Part shown: positions 22,981 through 36,935 of the stretch, in pieces | Position numbering within the stretch: the stretch's first letter is position 1 | How the letters are laid out: each line of letters starts with the position of its first letter | Source of the DNA: Eledone cirrhosa | Taxonomy: Eukaryota | Reading direction: 5' to 3' | NCBI GenBank assembly: GCA_964016885.1 | Contig: OZ024740.1 | Span: 368,094,001-368,158,000, forward strand | DNA length: 64,000 nt | Made by a program: the position numbers and the translations under genes | The notes under the pieces: generated by a model | Databases searched by the model: none | What the model was told of the DNA's origin: nothing | Seen by the model: the letters and a program-made list of their open reading frames with translations, nothing else

Positions 22981-25500
22981 TATGAATTAACTCACCACTC
23001 TGGCATCACTGAAGGACATCCCATTACCGGGTAAAAGAGAATACACAAGGAATCTCACTAAGAGTACTGACTCCCTAATACGCAGGATGAGGTGGAGGGC
23101 TTACCACTTTGATAGAGCAAACCTCAATATTAATAACCAAAAAACCATGGAGTGCCTCTTCAGATCAAGAAGAAACCAACCCCCACCCCAACCACCACCA
23201 CCACAACAGACTATTGGAAGAGTTTGAGAACGAAAAGATTGGCATCATTTCCAACATCAAATTTTCCGACCAATCATACCGGGGTCAAGAGTACCTTAGA
23301 CGACTGGAAAATGGAATTACCGAGCTTAAGGAATCTATAGGAATACTCGTCCATGCCGACAAAACCAACAACCTTTACAGCATGGACGTTCAACTTTACC
23401 ATGAGCTAATCCTCAGGGAATTGAGAAAAAGCTACAAAAAAAACCCCGAGGTCACCCTGAAGGATATCAACATCAAGGCTTATGAGATCGTTTCTGGTCT
23501 TGGTGTAGATGATAGGACGGCCCCATACCAACCGAGGAAGCCGAGTATTACCATTAAGGACCACAAACCAAACTTCGAATCCGACCTGCCGGTCAGACTG
23601 ATAGCCCCCTCCCGGTCAGACATGGGGGTTATTAGCAAAAGCATTTTAGATAGAATCCTGCCCACACTTAAGAGTAAAATATGGTTACAACTCTGGGCCT
23701 GCCCAGCCATGTGCTGGTCTGGTTTACATTTTTACCTGAAAAACATAGGACTAGCTTCATACAGCCAGACATCAATAATTACTACTACTCTATCTCGCCC
23801 ATAGTCCTGAACAAGGCACTCATATTCGCGATGAATAGGACAGACCTAACACGTGACGAGGTTCGAATCATACACGCCGTCAGAAAGACCCTCATCCGAT
23901 TCGGTGGGGACATATGGACCCGGAGCGACTGACCAAATAATTTTGACATTACAATGGACTCCGCGCAGCTAACGGACTTGGTTGGGATATACATACTCTA
24001 CGAAATCAGGAGGGAAATACCCAACCTGGGCGGCGGGCTGTACTGAGATGACGCACTCTTCACCATAGTGGACCACAGCACCACAATGGTCGAAAGTATG
24101 AAGAGGAGAATTAGGCACTTCTTTAGCAAGGTAGGACTTGAGGTAGAGATGGAACCCAATAGAAAAGTAGTGAATTTCCTGGACACCACCCTCAACCTCA
24201 ACACCATAAACCCAATGAGAATCTGGTGTATATCAACGCTGAGTCTAATCACCCTAGATCTATAGTTAAGGCCGTAGTTAAGAGTGTCTCTGACAGGATC
24301 TCTAACTTGTCGGCCAATAAAGAGATCTACAATAGTAACGCTGATTACTATAACTCAACTCTAACTAAGGCGTCCCACAGCGATAGGATCAGCTATACCC
24401 CTAAGGTTATGATCGAGATGACCCAAGGGTACCCCGGACCAATACCCTCAGGGGCATGAGTCGCCCACCTAATACCTAGGTGACCAGTAGTAACACTCCC
24501 ATACCCCTATCCGTACTACATCCGGTAGAAGGTCCCGCATGCGCCACCGGTCTAATACCTACAACGCTGAAGACCGCTGTGCTGCGGAGCATAGGCACCC
24601 CTGCACCGGCCCCACCACCCGCCGAATCCTAATTGAGCAGGGCGGCCGCACCTCGCAGGTTTATAGCCCCACGGTGGGCCTATATAACCCTCATGATAGT
24701 GACCGCTCCGCACACCCAAGTGACACCAACCGAGCTCGACCTGATCTGTGCACAACCACGCGATGGTCCACGGCGGACACCCAACAACCCCGCAAGTATA
24801 GGACCAGGAAGGTCACATGGTATAACCCTCCGTACTCGGTGAGTCTACGTATCAGCCTGGCTAGAACATTCTTTAGAGTACTGGATACATGTTTCCTTAG
24901 GGCCCATAAGTACCATAAAATATTCAACAGGCTCACGGTGAAACTTTCCTACTCAACCACACGCTCCGTAGCCCAACACATAGCTGGCATAAATAGAAAT
25001 AGGCTCACTGCCTCTAATACCACCGTAAACCCCGGAGCCACCCAACAGAACCAGCAAGCGGGACGCATCGGAACCCAGACAGGCCCAACTAGCACACCGG
25101 AACTCAACGACCCTGTGCTGATTGCGGAGGCTACCCAGCCAACCCCGAGTGATGCTAACCATGCGGTACATGTGGTGGGGCTTAGGAAGTCATGTAATTC
25201 CAGAGACTCATCGCTATGCCCCCTTAGTAATAAATACATGACCAAAAACGTGGTCTACGGGTGCAAGGTCACAACCCCTAACTCGGAGCACCACTAGATA
25301 GGATCCACAGCGACGAGCTTCAAAGCTCGGTGGTATAATCATCCCCATTTCTTTAACAGTATAGATGAGAGAAAATGTACGGCCATTTCTGAATTGATCT
25401 GGAAGCTCAAACTTGAAAAGAACCCGCACTCTCTGGTCTGGTCCGTGGTTAGAAAGGTTCCCCCAGATAGAGGCGGGTCTGGTATTTGCAACCTCAACCG
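22981..25500 (+). pseudogene. PLE RT + GIY-YIG endonuclease ORF (stops and frameshifts)
   Basis: ADKTNNLY, ITIKDHKPNF..PVRLIAP, FDITM, GGLY*DDAL, VNFLDTTLNL, YINAESNHP, RKVTWYNPPYS, CPLSNK..NVVY....IGSTATSFKARWYNH. Confidence 0.88.
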
Positions 25501-26599
25501 GTTACGGCATCCCACAAGCCCCCGTCCCCCCCGGTAGGTCCCCTACACCCCGTACCAATGACCAATGGACAACAACAACCACCCATGGTTTGCGGTCCCT
25601 ATGGTGGATGGTCCATCGGATCCTCTACTGGTTAGGAGTCATCTAAACAATGTTTTATTCAACCTGATTTTATATATATATGTATATATGCATCATGTGT
25701 ATATATATGTGTATTTTATATGTGTATGTAAGCGTATTTTATATATGTGTGCGTATCTGTATGTATAAATTTTATATATATATGTGTGTATGTGTGTGTG
25801 TATTATATATATATATATATGTATGTTTTACGTGTGTATATATTTTGTGTGTGTGTGTGTTTCTATGTATATATATATTTTTTATATTTTTGTATGTATA
25901 TATTTTATATATATGTATGTTCTGTGTATATATATATATGTTATATATATATATGTGTATACTTGTGCGTACATGCATGCATATATATATGTACACACCT
26001 GTATGGATTTGTGTGTGTAGATGAGTGAGTGTTTGGGGGGCTAGGTGTGAGTGTATGTACAAATGAGCCAGCATAAACCTTTTAATTCTAAATTTTCTAA
26101 ACTATCTAAGTATTGAACTCTTATCATTATATTAAGTATTACCACCTCACTTTTTGTATGTGAGGATGTGTGTGTGTGTCTGTGGGATGGGTGTGAGTGT
26201 AGTGCAAGCCAACCTACATAAGCCTTTTTATTTGTAAACTTTCTACTCCAACCATAATTTTCAGTAGCACCACTCCACATAAATTCCTCAATTTAAAAAT
26301 GACCTGTAGTATCTATTTCATACGATTAACCTTATTTGAACATATCTATGACCCAGAATGCCTTGTGTGAAAATCAGTCAAGTGGACCTATTGTCATCTT
26401 GCCTGACGATTTGAACCTCACAGAACCACCTGCCTCTTTGAGGTCAAATACCAACCTACTACCATCCACAAACTGACCAATGAGAATCAAGACCATTCCT
26501 GCTGACAACATCAAAGTATTCCTAACAAGCTCATATGTCCCAAGGCTCTGATACCATCAACACTATACACACAGAGCTGGCATATCTAAGAACTGACTA

Positions 26600-26655
26600 A
26601 CTGCCTGATGAGGTCATAGCCATTCAATGGCTATCATCGAAATATATATAGCAGT
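26600..26655 (+). ncRNA. Type-I hammerhead ribozyme in the 3' pseudo-LTR
   Basis: Identical to 22737-22792. Confidence 0.85.
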
Positions 26656-28589
26656 AAATAAAGGATTATAAGTTCATGCAATTGACTTATGTTTCGTCAC
26701 TATATATATATATATATATATATAGTTGTACTGCGGGAGAGTCATGTTGCCAATAATACCACACGACATCAATTTATTATAAATTTCTGTTTAGTTGGGT
26801 CGATAACCGGATGTTTGCTTATATATTGTCAAACCTCTTTCATTACACATTCTGTAGCACCCTTAGTGACTGGATTTTTATTCCGTGTCCCTCCTCTGTT
26901 CCGTTCTACAACTTCTTGCTTTTGTGTGATGTGTGCTTGGTTTACATCCAGGTGTTTGTGTCTGTGAGTTTAATTTATTTTGTTTACATGTGTACTTACA
27001 TGTCACTAGTTTGATGTTTGTTCTATCTGTGTGTGTCTGGTTAGCGTTATTAATTTGTTTTTTTGCGTGTGTCTGTATGTCTTTATTTTGTCCTTAATTA
27101 TCGGGATACGACGGCTGAGCTCTTGCCATTTCACCAGGTCTGGAACTAACTTACATTTTATGTAGGCTAGAGGGGCTGTTGAAACGGACCAATGTCAAAT
27201 TATTTTATTTTAGTTTATTTATGCTTGTTTTGGAAAAAGGTGGTTGGTTGTGCCTGAATTCCAGCGCTATCGTTCATTGTTTACTATCGGATCCTTTGGG
27301 ATTGGCTAAGTCACAATTTAGGATGCAGATGTGTTGTGTATATGTCTAGCTGTGTTGTAAGTCTGTATATGTTCTGCTTCCATGTATGTGCTTTTTTACG
27401 GACGCTGCTGTTCGAAAAATTAAGACGTTTGCTGCTCAATTAATATATTCTTTACTAAAGCTAACTGCGTGTCATTTTGGGCATGTATCATATACCATGC
27501 CCTCGTGTCATCACATTCCATGTGAGGGAAATTGAGTAGATGGTAATTATTTGGAATCTCGTCAGATGGAATGTACCTATATTTGGAGATGCCAGCCTTG
27601 TCTCGCCCGGATACATACTGCGTCTCACTAAGTTTTAGAATAAAAATATTCTTTTCTATTAAATGATCAGCTAATTACATATTAATTTCATGTTGAGGTT
27701 ATCCTACTTATCAAGCATTTGCAACAGACATTATCAAAACTGATGGTGGGTTTATTCCAAGTGAGTCTGTGTGGGTATTTGGAGTTGTGCTAGGAGAGAA
27801 TTGCCACCTGGAAATTTTCATTTCAAAAGTATATATTTGTGCTAGTGTGAGGATATGGATACTTTAGACCGGACATAGATATTAGTGATTTCCTTTTGAG
27901 GTGTGGATTTAGCTATTAGAAATATGATAGATTTGCGCTGGAATGTGAAATTTGGATGTAAATTTGAATACTTAGTAATTAAAATTTAAAAATATATATA
28001 TATATATTATGTAATAATAAAATGAAACGTTCAATTTATATATATTTGAATTTAAAAAAAAAAAGACAAAGCGTAAAAAACAAGAAAAAAAAATAGGAGG
28101 GTTACTGCAGAATCTACACCCCAGGCAAGATAGGATATCATGCAACGGAGAACATCCATAGACAACTACTACATCAGCCACTCTGTTGAGGCGGCTCGTT
28201 ACTCTGGCAGGATACAATCCTTCCGATGTTACGGAGAAAACAGGCAGTTAGGGGACCGAAGACTACAAAGGTTTCGACGGCCTATTATTATATTCTAATA
28301 TATATGAATATGAAATTGAATTATTTACTATAGACATTCTTTGGGGGAAAGAATGTTGAATGCTGGATCTTATCAGCTGATATTGATTTACTTTTGTAAA
28401 ACACCTGCGCGCGCTCATAAAATCACACACACATTAATCCAATCACCCACAGACAGACACACGCACACACTCTCACACACATATAAGTATATATATATAA
28501 TCAAAGGAGAGTAGAGTGGTGATGTTTATGATATATATCTACTGAATGCAAGATGGTGCGCTTTATTATGTTGCATGTAATGAATAAAT

Positions 28590-28629
<40 letters not shown>

Positions 28630-28630
28630 T

Positions 28631-28788
28631 TATTTATTAAAACAACAGATTAAAATTTAAGCAGAGAATCGCTGCTTTCACCCTTAACGGGATCTTCTGA
28701 AACCTTCAGAAGATCCCGTTAATGTATATATATATTATCCTTATCCAGCCCTCTTTGGATTTTAGACTTCAGATTTATTATTATTACT
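28631..28788. mobile_element. Family X copy with a snap-back at the HHR core and an internal deletion
   Basis: TTAACGGGATCTTCTGAA-ACC-TTCAGAAGATCCCGTTAA. Confidence 0.7.
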
Positions 28789-28875
28789 TTTGTATATATA
28801 TGGAGGAATACATATACACACACATATATATATATATACATATATATATATATGTGTGTGTGTGTGTGTATTGGA

Positions 28876-28967
<92 letters not shown>

Positions 28968-29589
28968 TATACATGCATGTATGTGAGTGTTTGTTTTTGT
29001 TCTTCTGTATTAACCAAATTTTGTTTTTATTATTACTATTCACGTATATTTATTAAAATCATTATTATTATTATTAATTCGAGGTTTAACAGACACTTCT
29101 CTCGCTCTAATTTCCTGGTATTTTACCGTATATTTCCCACCCAAGACGCGCATTAATTTCGATTATATCTTTTGCATGTAAAACTGGCCAAAACTCTGCT
29201 CTGTAAGCCGTAATGAAGGTAATCCGACTAGGAGAGTAGACACACCAAATAAAACTAGCACATGGTAGAGAGGACACCTGAGTCCAATACGACAACCTCT
29301 CTAGTGTTGGTGGCACGAATAATGCACCCATTCCACACTATAATGTGATTGATGATATGAAGGGTATCCAGCTACAAACAGATTGCCAAAAACATGAAAA
29401 TTACGAAAAATATAATTCTTATTAGTTGGATATACAGAGCTAACACTAGTCATGTTAGTGTTGCGAACGGTAGTGGGTGGCAGGGCAGATATGTGATAGA
29501 ACCCTGTGATAACCATCAAACAATTGCACAATACTTTAGCCTTTATATAGAACGTTTACCTAAGGAAATAGCAAATATCAAGGTACAAC

Positions 29590-32040
29590 ACTGAGGACTG
29601 CCACCCTTAATTTTGGCACCCTGAAATGAAAACCGTGTGGATGTGTGGAACAGGAGGTGAGAGGGGTGCCTCAGTGAGACTACTGGCAGGCAAACAAGAA
29701 CGATACACGATTTATTGAATAGAAAGGATGATGGCGTAGGAGCCATCTTACAACCTAAGAAATGGATAGATAGGTTGATAGAATTAGTTTGAGTAAGTGA
29801 CAGAATTATATTATCAAGATTAGATTAACTGTAGGAAATAGAATGGTGACAATTACATCTAACTATATCTCAATAGCAGGACTGGTAAAGAACAAATTGA
29901 CAGATTTGATGAGGTACTTTTACAGACAACTTCAGATTTCGATAAAGGTAACCACATCATCCTGGCAGGCGACTTCATTGGACACGTGGAGAAGTACCAG
30001 AACGGATTCAATGGGGTCGACGGTGGCTATAACTGAATAAATGACGGAGGATTGAGGCACCTTGGATTCTGCGACGTAAATTAACTAACCATTTGCATCA
30101 TAAATTTCAGGAAACCAGCTAGTCACCGGATCTCATATCTATTAGGCGAACATAAAAGCTGAATTGATTGATTCAGACAGGATAAACGAACTCTAATAGA
30201 TACCAAGACTTTTCCTGGGGAAGAATGCCCCTCCCAACACAAGTTTGTTATTAGTGACATCAAAATAAGCACAAGACAACACAATATACACAGGAAAATA
30301 TAGGGAAGGAAAGTTTAAAAGCTAAAGGACCTAAATATAGGTTTAGGAAAGCCCTACAGGATGTATTTCCTTAGAGAGATAAAAACCTATGATGTAAAGG
30401 AAAACTGGAAAATAGTGTGTGACACACCTTTTCAGACCACTGACGAGATTTGTGGCTGGAGTAGTGCACCAGCCAGACAGAAGGTGCCTTCGTGGTGTAA
30501 CAGTACAATGGATAACACCGTTAAAGTCAAGAAACAAGCATGGAAAAAACTGTAAAAATGGGGGAACAGAGACCGGTACCAAGTGGCTATACGGGAATCT
30601 AGATGACAGGTGTACACTGCTTGGATAGTGGTTGAAATTAAAACAAAAGCAGTTTGCCAACTGAGAATAAATGAGGAGAAACTACCCCCCAACCCACCTA
30701 ACAGAAGGACCGGTCACTGAAGTTAAGGGTTATAGATTTAAAGAAACAATCAAAGAGAAAGTTGCCGAGATACTAAAATCGTTGGTAGAAGTAGGAGTCA
30801 GTCTAGTAACATCATAGTCAATCAGGTAATGCAAGACGGCGCCATACACACTGACTGGTGCAGCAGTACTATCATAAATTGCTGCAAGTTCAAGGTAGTG
30901 CAGAGGAATTAAACTAATGGACCAAGTAAGAAAATGATGGAAACAGCTAGAGCGCAACTAATTAGTGAAATATTTAAAAAAGGCGAGGTACATTTTGGTT
31001 TCATGATTGGGAAAAATACTACAGATGCCCTCGCTTTTGTGAGGCAACTACAAGAGAAGTTCCTAGCTAAAACGAAACCACTATAACTAGCTTTCGTTGA
31101 TTTAGAAAATATATTTGACTGAGTACATCGATCTGGTGGTGCTTAAGGAAATTAGACGTAGTAGAACGTCAGATGATATGTGTGAGAGCCATGAACAGAG
31201 GAGCTGGCAGCAAAGTGAGAATAGGAAGTGAGTTTAGTGTGTAATTGAAAGTATAATTATTTGTTCATCACGGTTCTGTTCTTAGCCTACTACTATTTTT
31301 TAGAGTAATTAGGGATCGACTGCCTATCGGAACTTCTTCTCTATGCATATGATTTGAGTCTTATAGCCGAATCCACTAATGAACTAGTAAATAGGTTCTA
31401 ATTATGGATACAGAATTTGGAATCAAAATTAAACTTAATCAAAATTAAGAGGCTAGTGAGTAAGAGAGATAATAGGACCCTGATTCCTTCAAAAGGTGAC
31501 CCTGCTAAATATGTAGAAAGGGAGTGGGCATAAATCCCATTCGATGAAGACAATGTAAATCCTGGGTACACGAGATGTGAAATAACGGATAGACTAACAA
31601 GAAGGGACAACTTTGTCTGTAGAAGATGCACAGGGGTAACCGACGTGAAAGGTGTTTGTGATAAGCATATTCCGTTCATAGAGAGGAGCAATAGAAGTGG
31701 TTGATAACTGCAGTTAACTAGGCGACTTAATTAGTAACGGAAGAGGGTGCCCCGAGAGAATAATAACTAGAATATGGATAGGATAGAAAATATTTAGAGT
31801 GCTACTCCCACTGTTGGCCACTAAAGTTTTCTCCCTGTGTACAAAATGACCACTGTATAAAGTATGGGTGCGAAGTACGAAGCTGCAGGGTAGAGAAACT
31901 TGGGCTGCGACTGCAGAGGACTTGCGTAGACTAAAGAGAAATGAATCAACGTTGCTTTAGTGATGCGCAATGTAAGTTTGAAAGAAATGCACAGCTTGGA
32001 CGAGTTGAGGGAAAGCTGGGTTTAAGTGGAATTCAAGGTT
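29590..32040 (+). mobile_element. Old RTE-clade LINE (APE + RT with an inserted PHD-like finger), heavily decayed
   Basis: Remnants VSDRII, AGDFIGHV, PSQHKFVISD, VKVKKQAWK, FGFMIGKNTTDALAFVRQLQEKFLAK..LAFVDLE, LYAYDL and GRETWA. Confidence 0.8.
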
Positions 32041-33281
32041 TATATGGAATTAAGTGGAATTAAGGAATATATCCAGCTTAATTGCAGATGTGAAACCAGC
32101 ATTGTCACAACCAAATGTCGCTAAAATTCCCTGACCAAAGAATGGTACGAATATCCCACTACAAATGCTATATGTTTGTCGACAAACATAAACTTTCTTT
32201 TAGTTTTTTCTCAAAAGATCACAGATCAGCTTCTCGGTAATAGGATTTTTGTTGTTTCGAGTGTGTTCGCTTAGTTAGAATTATGGTTGTTGTATTCGTA
32301 GTTGGTTGTTTTGCTAAAACTTAGTTTACCTTATTTTAAGGGCGTATGTGTATATTATTATATTTTAATTTAGATTATTTCTAGTGCTAGGGAGTTAGAA
32401 TCTATGTGGCTGGAGATGTTGTGGATGCGCATGTGTGTCCATGGCAATTAATATGCTTGTACGTGGGTGGGATTGTGTCTGCCTCCAAGTGTGCATGTAT
32501 ACGCGCGTGTTTGAGGAAGAGAAAAACAATGATATATATTTGTTGTGAAAGTGAGAGATTGTGTTGATATTTTCAATTTGTTTGTTATCAATATTGTAGG
32601 CCTAGGATTGCCGTGGGTGCCTACGTATGCTCGGAGTGGTGGTCAAACGACTAATTATTATTACTTTTGTAATAGAATACCTGGGTTAGTAGTGTCGTTG
32701 TTATGCTACAACTGGATCGGTATTGAAGTGTCAACTTATTTGGGAGTTATCCTGTAATGCATAATTGTCGGAGTACACATTGTGTTAGTGTATACGAGGA
32801 TGAGTGTTCGCAGGCAAAGGTACATTACATGTTTTGTTGTCTACGTGGGAACTGGTTCTGGGTGTGATAAAGTGGAGTCTATTGGTGGGTTTTAGATAGA
32901 GTCATCATTTTATGTGAATATGTTATTTGTGAACCTAGAAGTCTATGTGCCTATATATATATATATATAAGTATATATATAAATTGAAACAAAATGAAAA
33001 CGAAATTTCATTTCTCACTCTTAGTATGGCACTTACTTAAATGTAAGTATGCATGTATACGTACATACATATATGTATACAGACGTACAGTAGCATGCAC
33101 ATATATATATATATATACATATATATATACATATGCATACAGGTACACATACATATATGCACGTATCAGTTTAGCGGCGCTAACGTCGCTTTGTTCGTTT
33201 GTAAACAAACTGAACAGCCTGAATTTATGCCATACGGTGTTAAGGCAACCACGTCACCTTTTTGTTCAACACTGACACAGG

Positions 33282-33326
33282 AACGATGTACTAGTTTCAA
33301 GCTTGTTAGCTATCATCAGCACCGTT
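33282..33326 (-). ncRNA. Minimal type-I hammerhead ribozyme
   Basis: AACGGTG-CTGATGA-TAGCTAACAAGCTT-GAAA-CTAG-TA^CATCGTT on the minus strand. Confidence 0.8.
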
Positions 33327-33749
33327 TACCCATCTGCCAGATAGTTGAACGTTCGAAAGTATATACTTTCCTTATGAAAATTAACGGCTGAGCAGCCTAA
33401 TTTGCATATTGAGTGAGTTAAATCGGTCAGGCATACCGAAAACGATAAATTGAAACAAAATGAAAACGAAATTTCATTTCTCACTCTTAGTATGGCACTT
33501 ACTTAAATGTAAGTATGCATGTATACGTACATACATATATGTATACAGACGTACAGTAGCATGCACATATATATATATATATATACATATATATATACAT
33601 ATGCATACAGGTACACATACATATATGCACGTATCAGTTTAGCGGCGCTAACGTCGCTTTGTTCGTTTGTAAACAAACTGAACAGCCTGAATTTATGCCA
33701 TACGGTGTTAAGGCAACCACGTCACCTTTTTGTTCAACACTGACACAGG

Positions 33750-33794
33750 AACGATGTACTAGTTTCAAGCTTGTTAGCTATCATCAGCACCGTT
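33750..33794 (-). ncRNA. Minimal type-I hammerhead ribozyme
   Basis: Identical copy 468 nt from the first. Confidence 0.8.
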
Positions 33795-34336
33795 TACCCA
33801 TCTGCCAGATAGTTGAACGTTCGAAAGTATATACTTTCCTTATGAAAATTAACGGCTGAGCAGCCTAATTTGCATATTGAGTGAGTTAAATCGGTCAGGC
33901 ATACCGAAAACGATAAATTGAAACAAAATGAAAAAAAAGGTGACGTGGTTGCCTTAACACCGTATGGCATAAATTCAGGCTGTTCAGTTTGTTTACAAAC
34001 GAACAAAGCGACGTTAGCGCCGCTAAACTGATACGTGCATATATGTATGTGTACCTGTATGCATATGTATATATATATGTATATATATATATATATGTGC
34101 ATGCTACTGTACGTCTGTATACATATATGTATGTACGTATACATGCATACTTACATTTAAGTAAGTGCCATACTAAGAGTGAGAAATGAAATTTCGTTTT
34201 CATTTTGTTTCAATTTATCGTTTTCGGTATGCCTGACCGATTTAACTCACTCAATATGCAAATTAGGCTGCTCAGCCGTTAATTTTCATAAGGAAAGTAT
34301 ATACTTTCGAACGTTCAACTATCTGGCAGATGGGTA

Positions 34337-34381
34337 AACGGTGCTGATGATAGCTAACAAGCTTGAAACTAGTACATCGTT
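34337..34381 (+). ncRNA. Minimal type-I hammerhead ribozyme
   Basis: Identical copy in the inverted arm. Confidence 0.8.
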
Positions 34382-34659
34382 CCTGTGTCAGTGTTGAACA
34401 AAAAGGTGACGTGGTTGCCTTAACACCGTATGGCATAAATTCAGGCTGTTCAGTTTGTTTACAAACGAACAAAGCGACGTTAGCGCCGCTAAACTGATAC
34501 GTGCATATATGTATGTGTACCTGTATGCATATGTATATATATATGTATATATATATATATATGTGCATGCTACTGTACGTCTGTATACATATATGTATGT
34601 ACGTATACATACATACTTACATTTAAGTATATATATATATACATATATATATATATGTG

Positions 34660-34760
<101 letters not shown>

Positions 34761-34924
34761 AACCAGTAAGTAGTTCCTATTACCCACTCTACTACCCAAA
34801 GTATTGAGTACTTTGGTGCGTTATGGTCCACCTGGTTCCTTACCACATTTCCTTCGTTATATATATATATATATATATATTACTTCAAAATATTAATAAA
34901 TATAGACATTCATGTAATCAAATA

Positions 34925-34990
34925 TATTTTATGATACATATTTCAGAGGTACTGAGCTATTCCAACAGTACGTCCTCATCAGATAAAATA
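34925..34990 (-). ncRNA. Minimal type-I hammerhead ribozyme in an approximately 160-bp island between (TA)n tracts
   Basis: TATTTTAT-CTGATGA-GGACGTACTG..CAGTACCTCT-GAAA-TATGTA-TC^ATAAAATA, with an 8-bp helix I. Confidence 0.8.
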
Positions 34991-35039
34991 AGCTAATGAT
35001 TGACATACCTTGACTATGTTGATGGTTATAATTCAGTCA

Positions 35040-35490
<451 letters not shown>

Positions 35491-35708
35491 TGCCAACTTG
35501 ACTGTCACCACACATTATGAACCAGAAGATTGCGAAAGCATGAAAGTACTTGTTCAATTAACACTTAACATTTAATATTCTACCATACTATTTCATTCTA
35601 ATACCATTATACATGTTAAAGGATTGTAAATAAAACGAGTAAATCAGACAAAGTTGGAATTCCTTTTATTAATATAATCTTCTATACGCAATCATACACA
35701 CCCGTGTA

Positions 35709-35768
<60 letters not shown>

Positions 35769-35837
35769 TAAAAGGAAAACAAAATGCTGACAAATTGTTC
35801 CGAGTGAATATATATATACTGTATAATTGTGTGTGTG

Positions 35838-35883
<46 letters not shown>

Positions 35884-35918
35884 CTGTAAATATATACTGT
35901 AAATATATATATGTGTGT

Positions 35919-35984
<66 letters not shown>

Positions 35985-36239
35985 TTAATTGATTATTTTA
36001 ACCATTTCTGTCATAGATCAACACTGATCAAGGCGTGCGCCGGGCAGACACATTAGCCTATGTATCTGTTCATGTATCTTATTACTATGTTTGCCAACAA
36101 TCTCTTGTAGTTGAGTTAACCATGTGGGTGTTAACTGCTTTCTTTTAGTAAATGCGGTGCCTGCTGAATATCCAGACTTCACCTCTCTTTTGCTACTGCT
36201 GTATCACGTATTAATTTCTTCCTTCGCCAACTGAGAGTT

Positions 36240-36515
36240 ATTCTCTGGTAACGTTCGGGTCAAGAAGCGGTGCATTAAACTGAGGGGTCAATTGACAAGT
36301 TTACAAGAATGGGGGCGATCAAAAGCTGCTATGGCTAGATGGGGCTACAAGACCGGCCCAACCATCTGCGAATGGAGGACCCTTCGATGCATCACTGCCT
36401 TGTTTGCCCTCTAACCAGTGCAGCTTAAATGATTTCGCAGAATTTAACAAAGGACTGTGTACAGAAATGGGAAACTGACATATAACCACATGCTTCGAAG
36501 ATACGAAAAGAAGAA
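36240..36515 (+). mobile_element. 3' fragment of an Ingi/Vingi-like LINE
   Basis: Encodes RSKAAMARWGYKTGPTICE..MHHCLVCP and ends GATACGAAAAGAAGAA. Confidence 0.5.
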
Positions 36516-36629
36516 TTGATGATACAATTTGGCGAAATTGCTGTCGGGACTCTCAATAAAAAAATTGGATGCAATTTTGTCTATGGTTTACTTGCATTTA
36601 TAATTATACACACACACACACGTGGTTTT

Positions 36630-36935
36630 GTCCGGTTATTGTTCTATTCGCTCCACATAACGACGTATTATCTGCGCTTTTTTTCCGTTCATTGCCAGGG
36701 AACGTTTTCACGAACCAAAGTATCGTCTTCCTGTTTTCCTTCGGTTGCAACGTTTTTCGAAATATTTACTTCTGCGTTCACAGATTGATTTTTTTAAGTT
36801 TCAGATGATCCCGTTAAGGGTGAAAGCAGCGATTCTGTTAATAAATATTTGTTCTAGGGTTCTTATATATTTGATACATATTTATCCTTATCGAACCCTC
36901 TTTGGATTTTTGTCTTCGCATTTATTATAATTACT
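36630..36935 (+). mobile_element. Family X copy (CAGATGA core at 36802)
   Basis: Homologous to the other family X copies, with a small deletion in helix III/I'. Confidence 0.75.

Larger units (their letters stand above)
22337..26703 (+). mobile_element. Penelope-like element (C-terminal GIY-YIG; resembles the Hydra-type PLE clade) with two 504-bp pseudo-LTRs, inserted in (TA)n
   Basis: Direct repeats at 22337-22840 and 26200-26703 surround an internal RT/EN ORF remnant. Each pseudo-LTR contains an HHR. Confidence 0.9.
32981..34628. mobile_element. Retrozyme-like array of 466-468-bp non-coding units, each full unit with an HHR: two tandem units plus about 1.5 inverted units
   Basis: Near-identical units at 32981-33446 and 33447-33914, an inversion point near 33933, and (TA)n on both flanks. 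Confidence 0.85.

Noticed and set aside
24044-24046. In-frame TGA in the PLE RT as possible selenocysteine
   Set aside because: It falls at the Arg of YRDD (CGA to TGA CpG decay) in an ORF with many other lesions, and it is not a Cys position.
28215-28290. CCGATG/CCGAAGA motifs at the end of an AT-rich segment (26725-28370)
   Set aside because: They cannot be folded into a full hammerhead. The segment may be an old pseudo-LTR, but that is unsupported.
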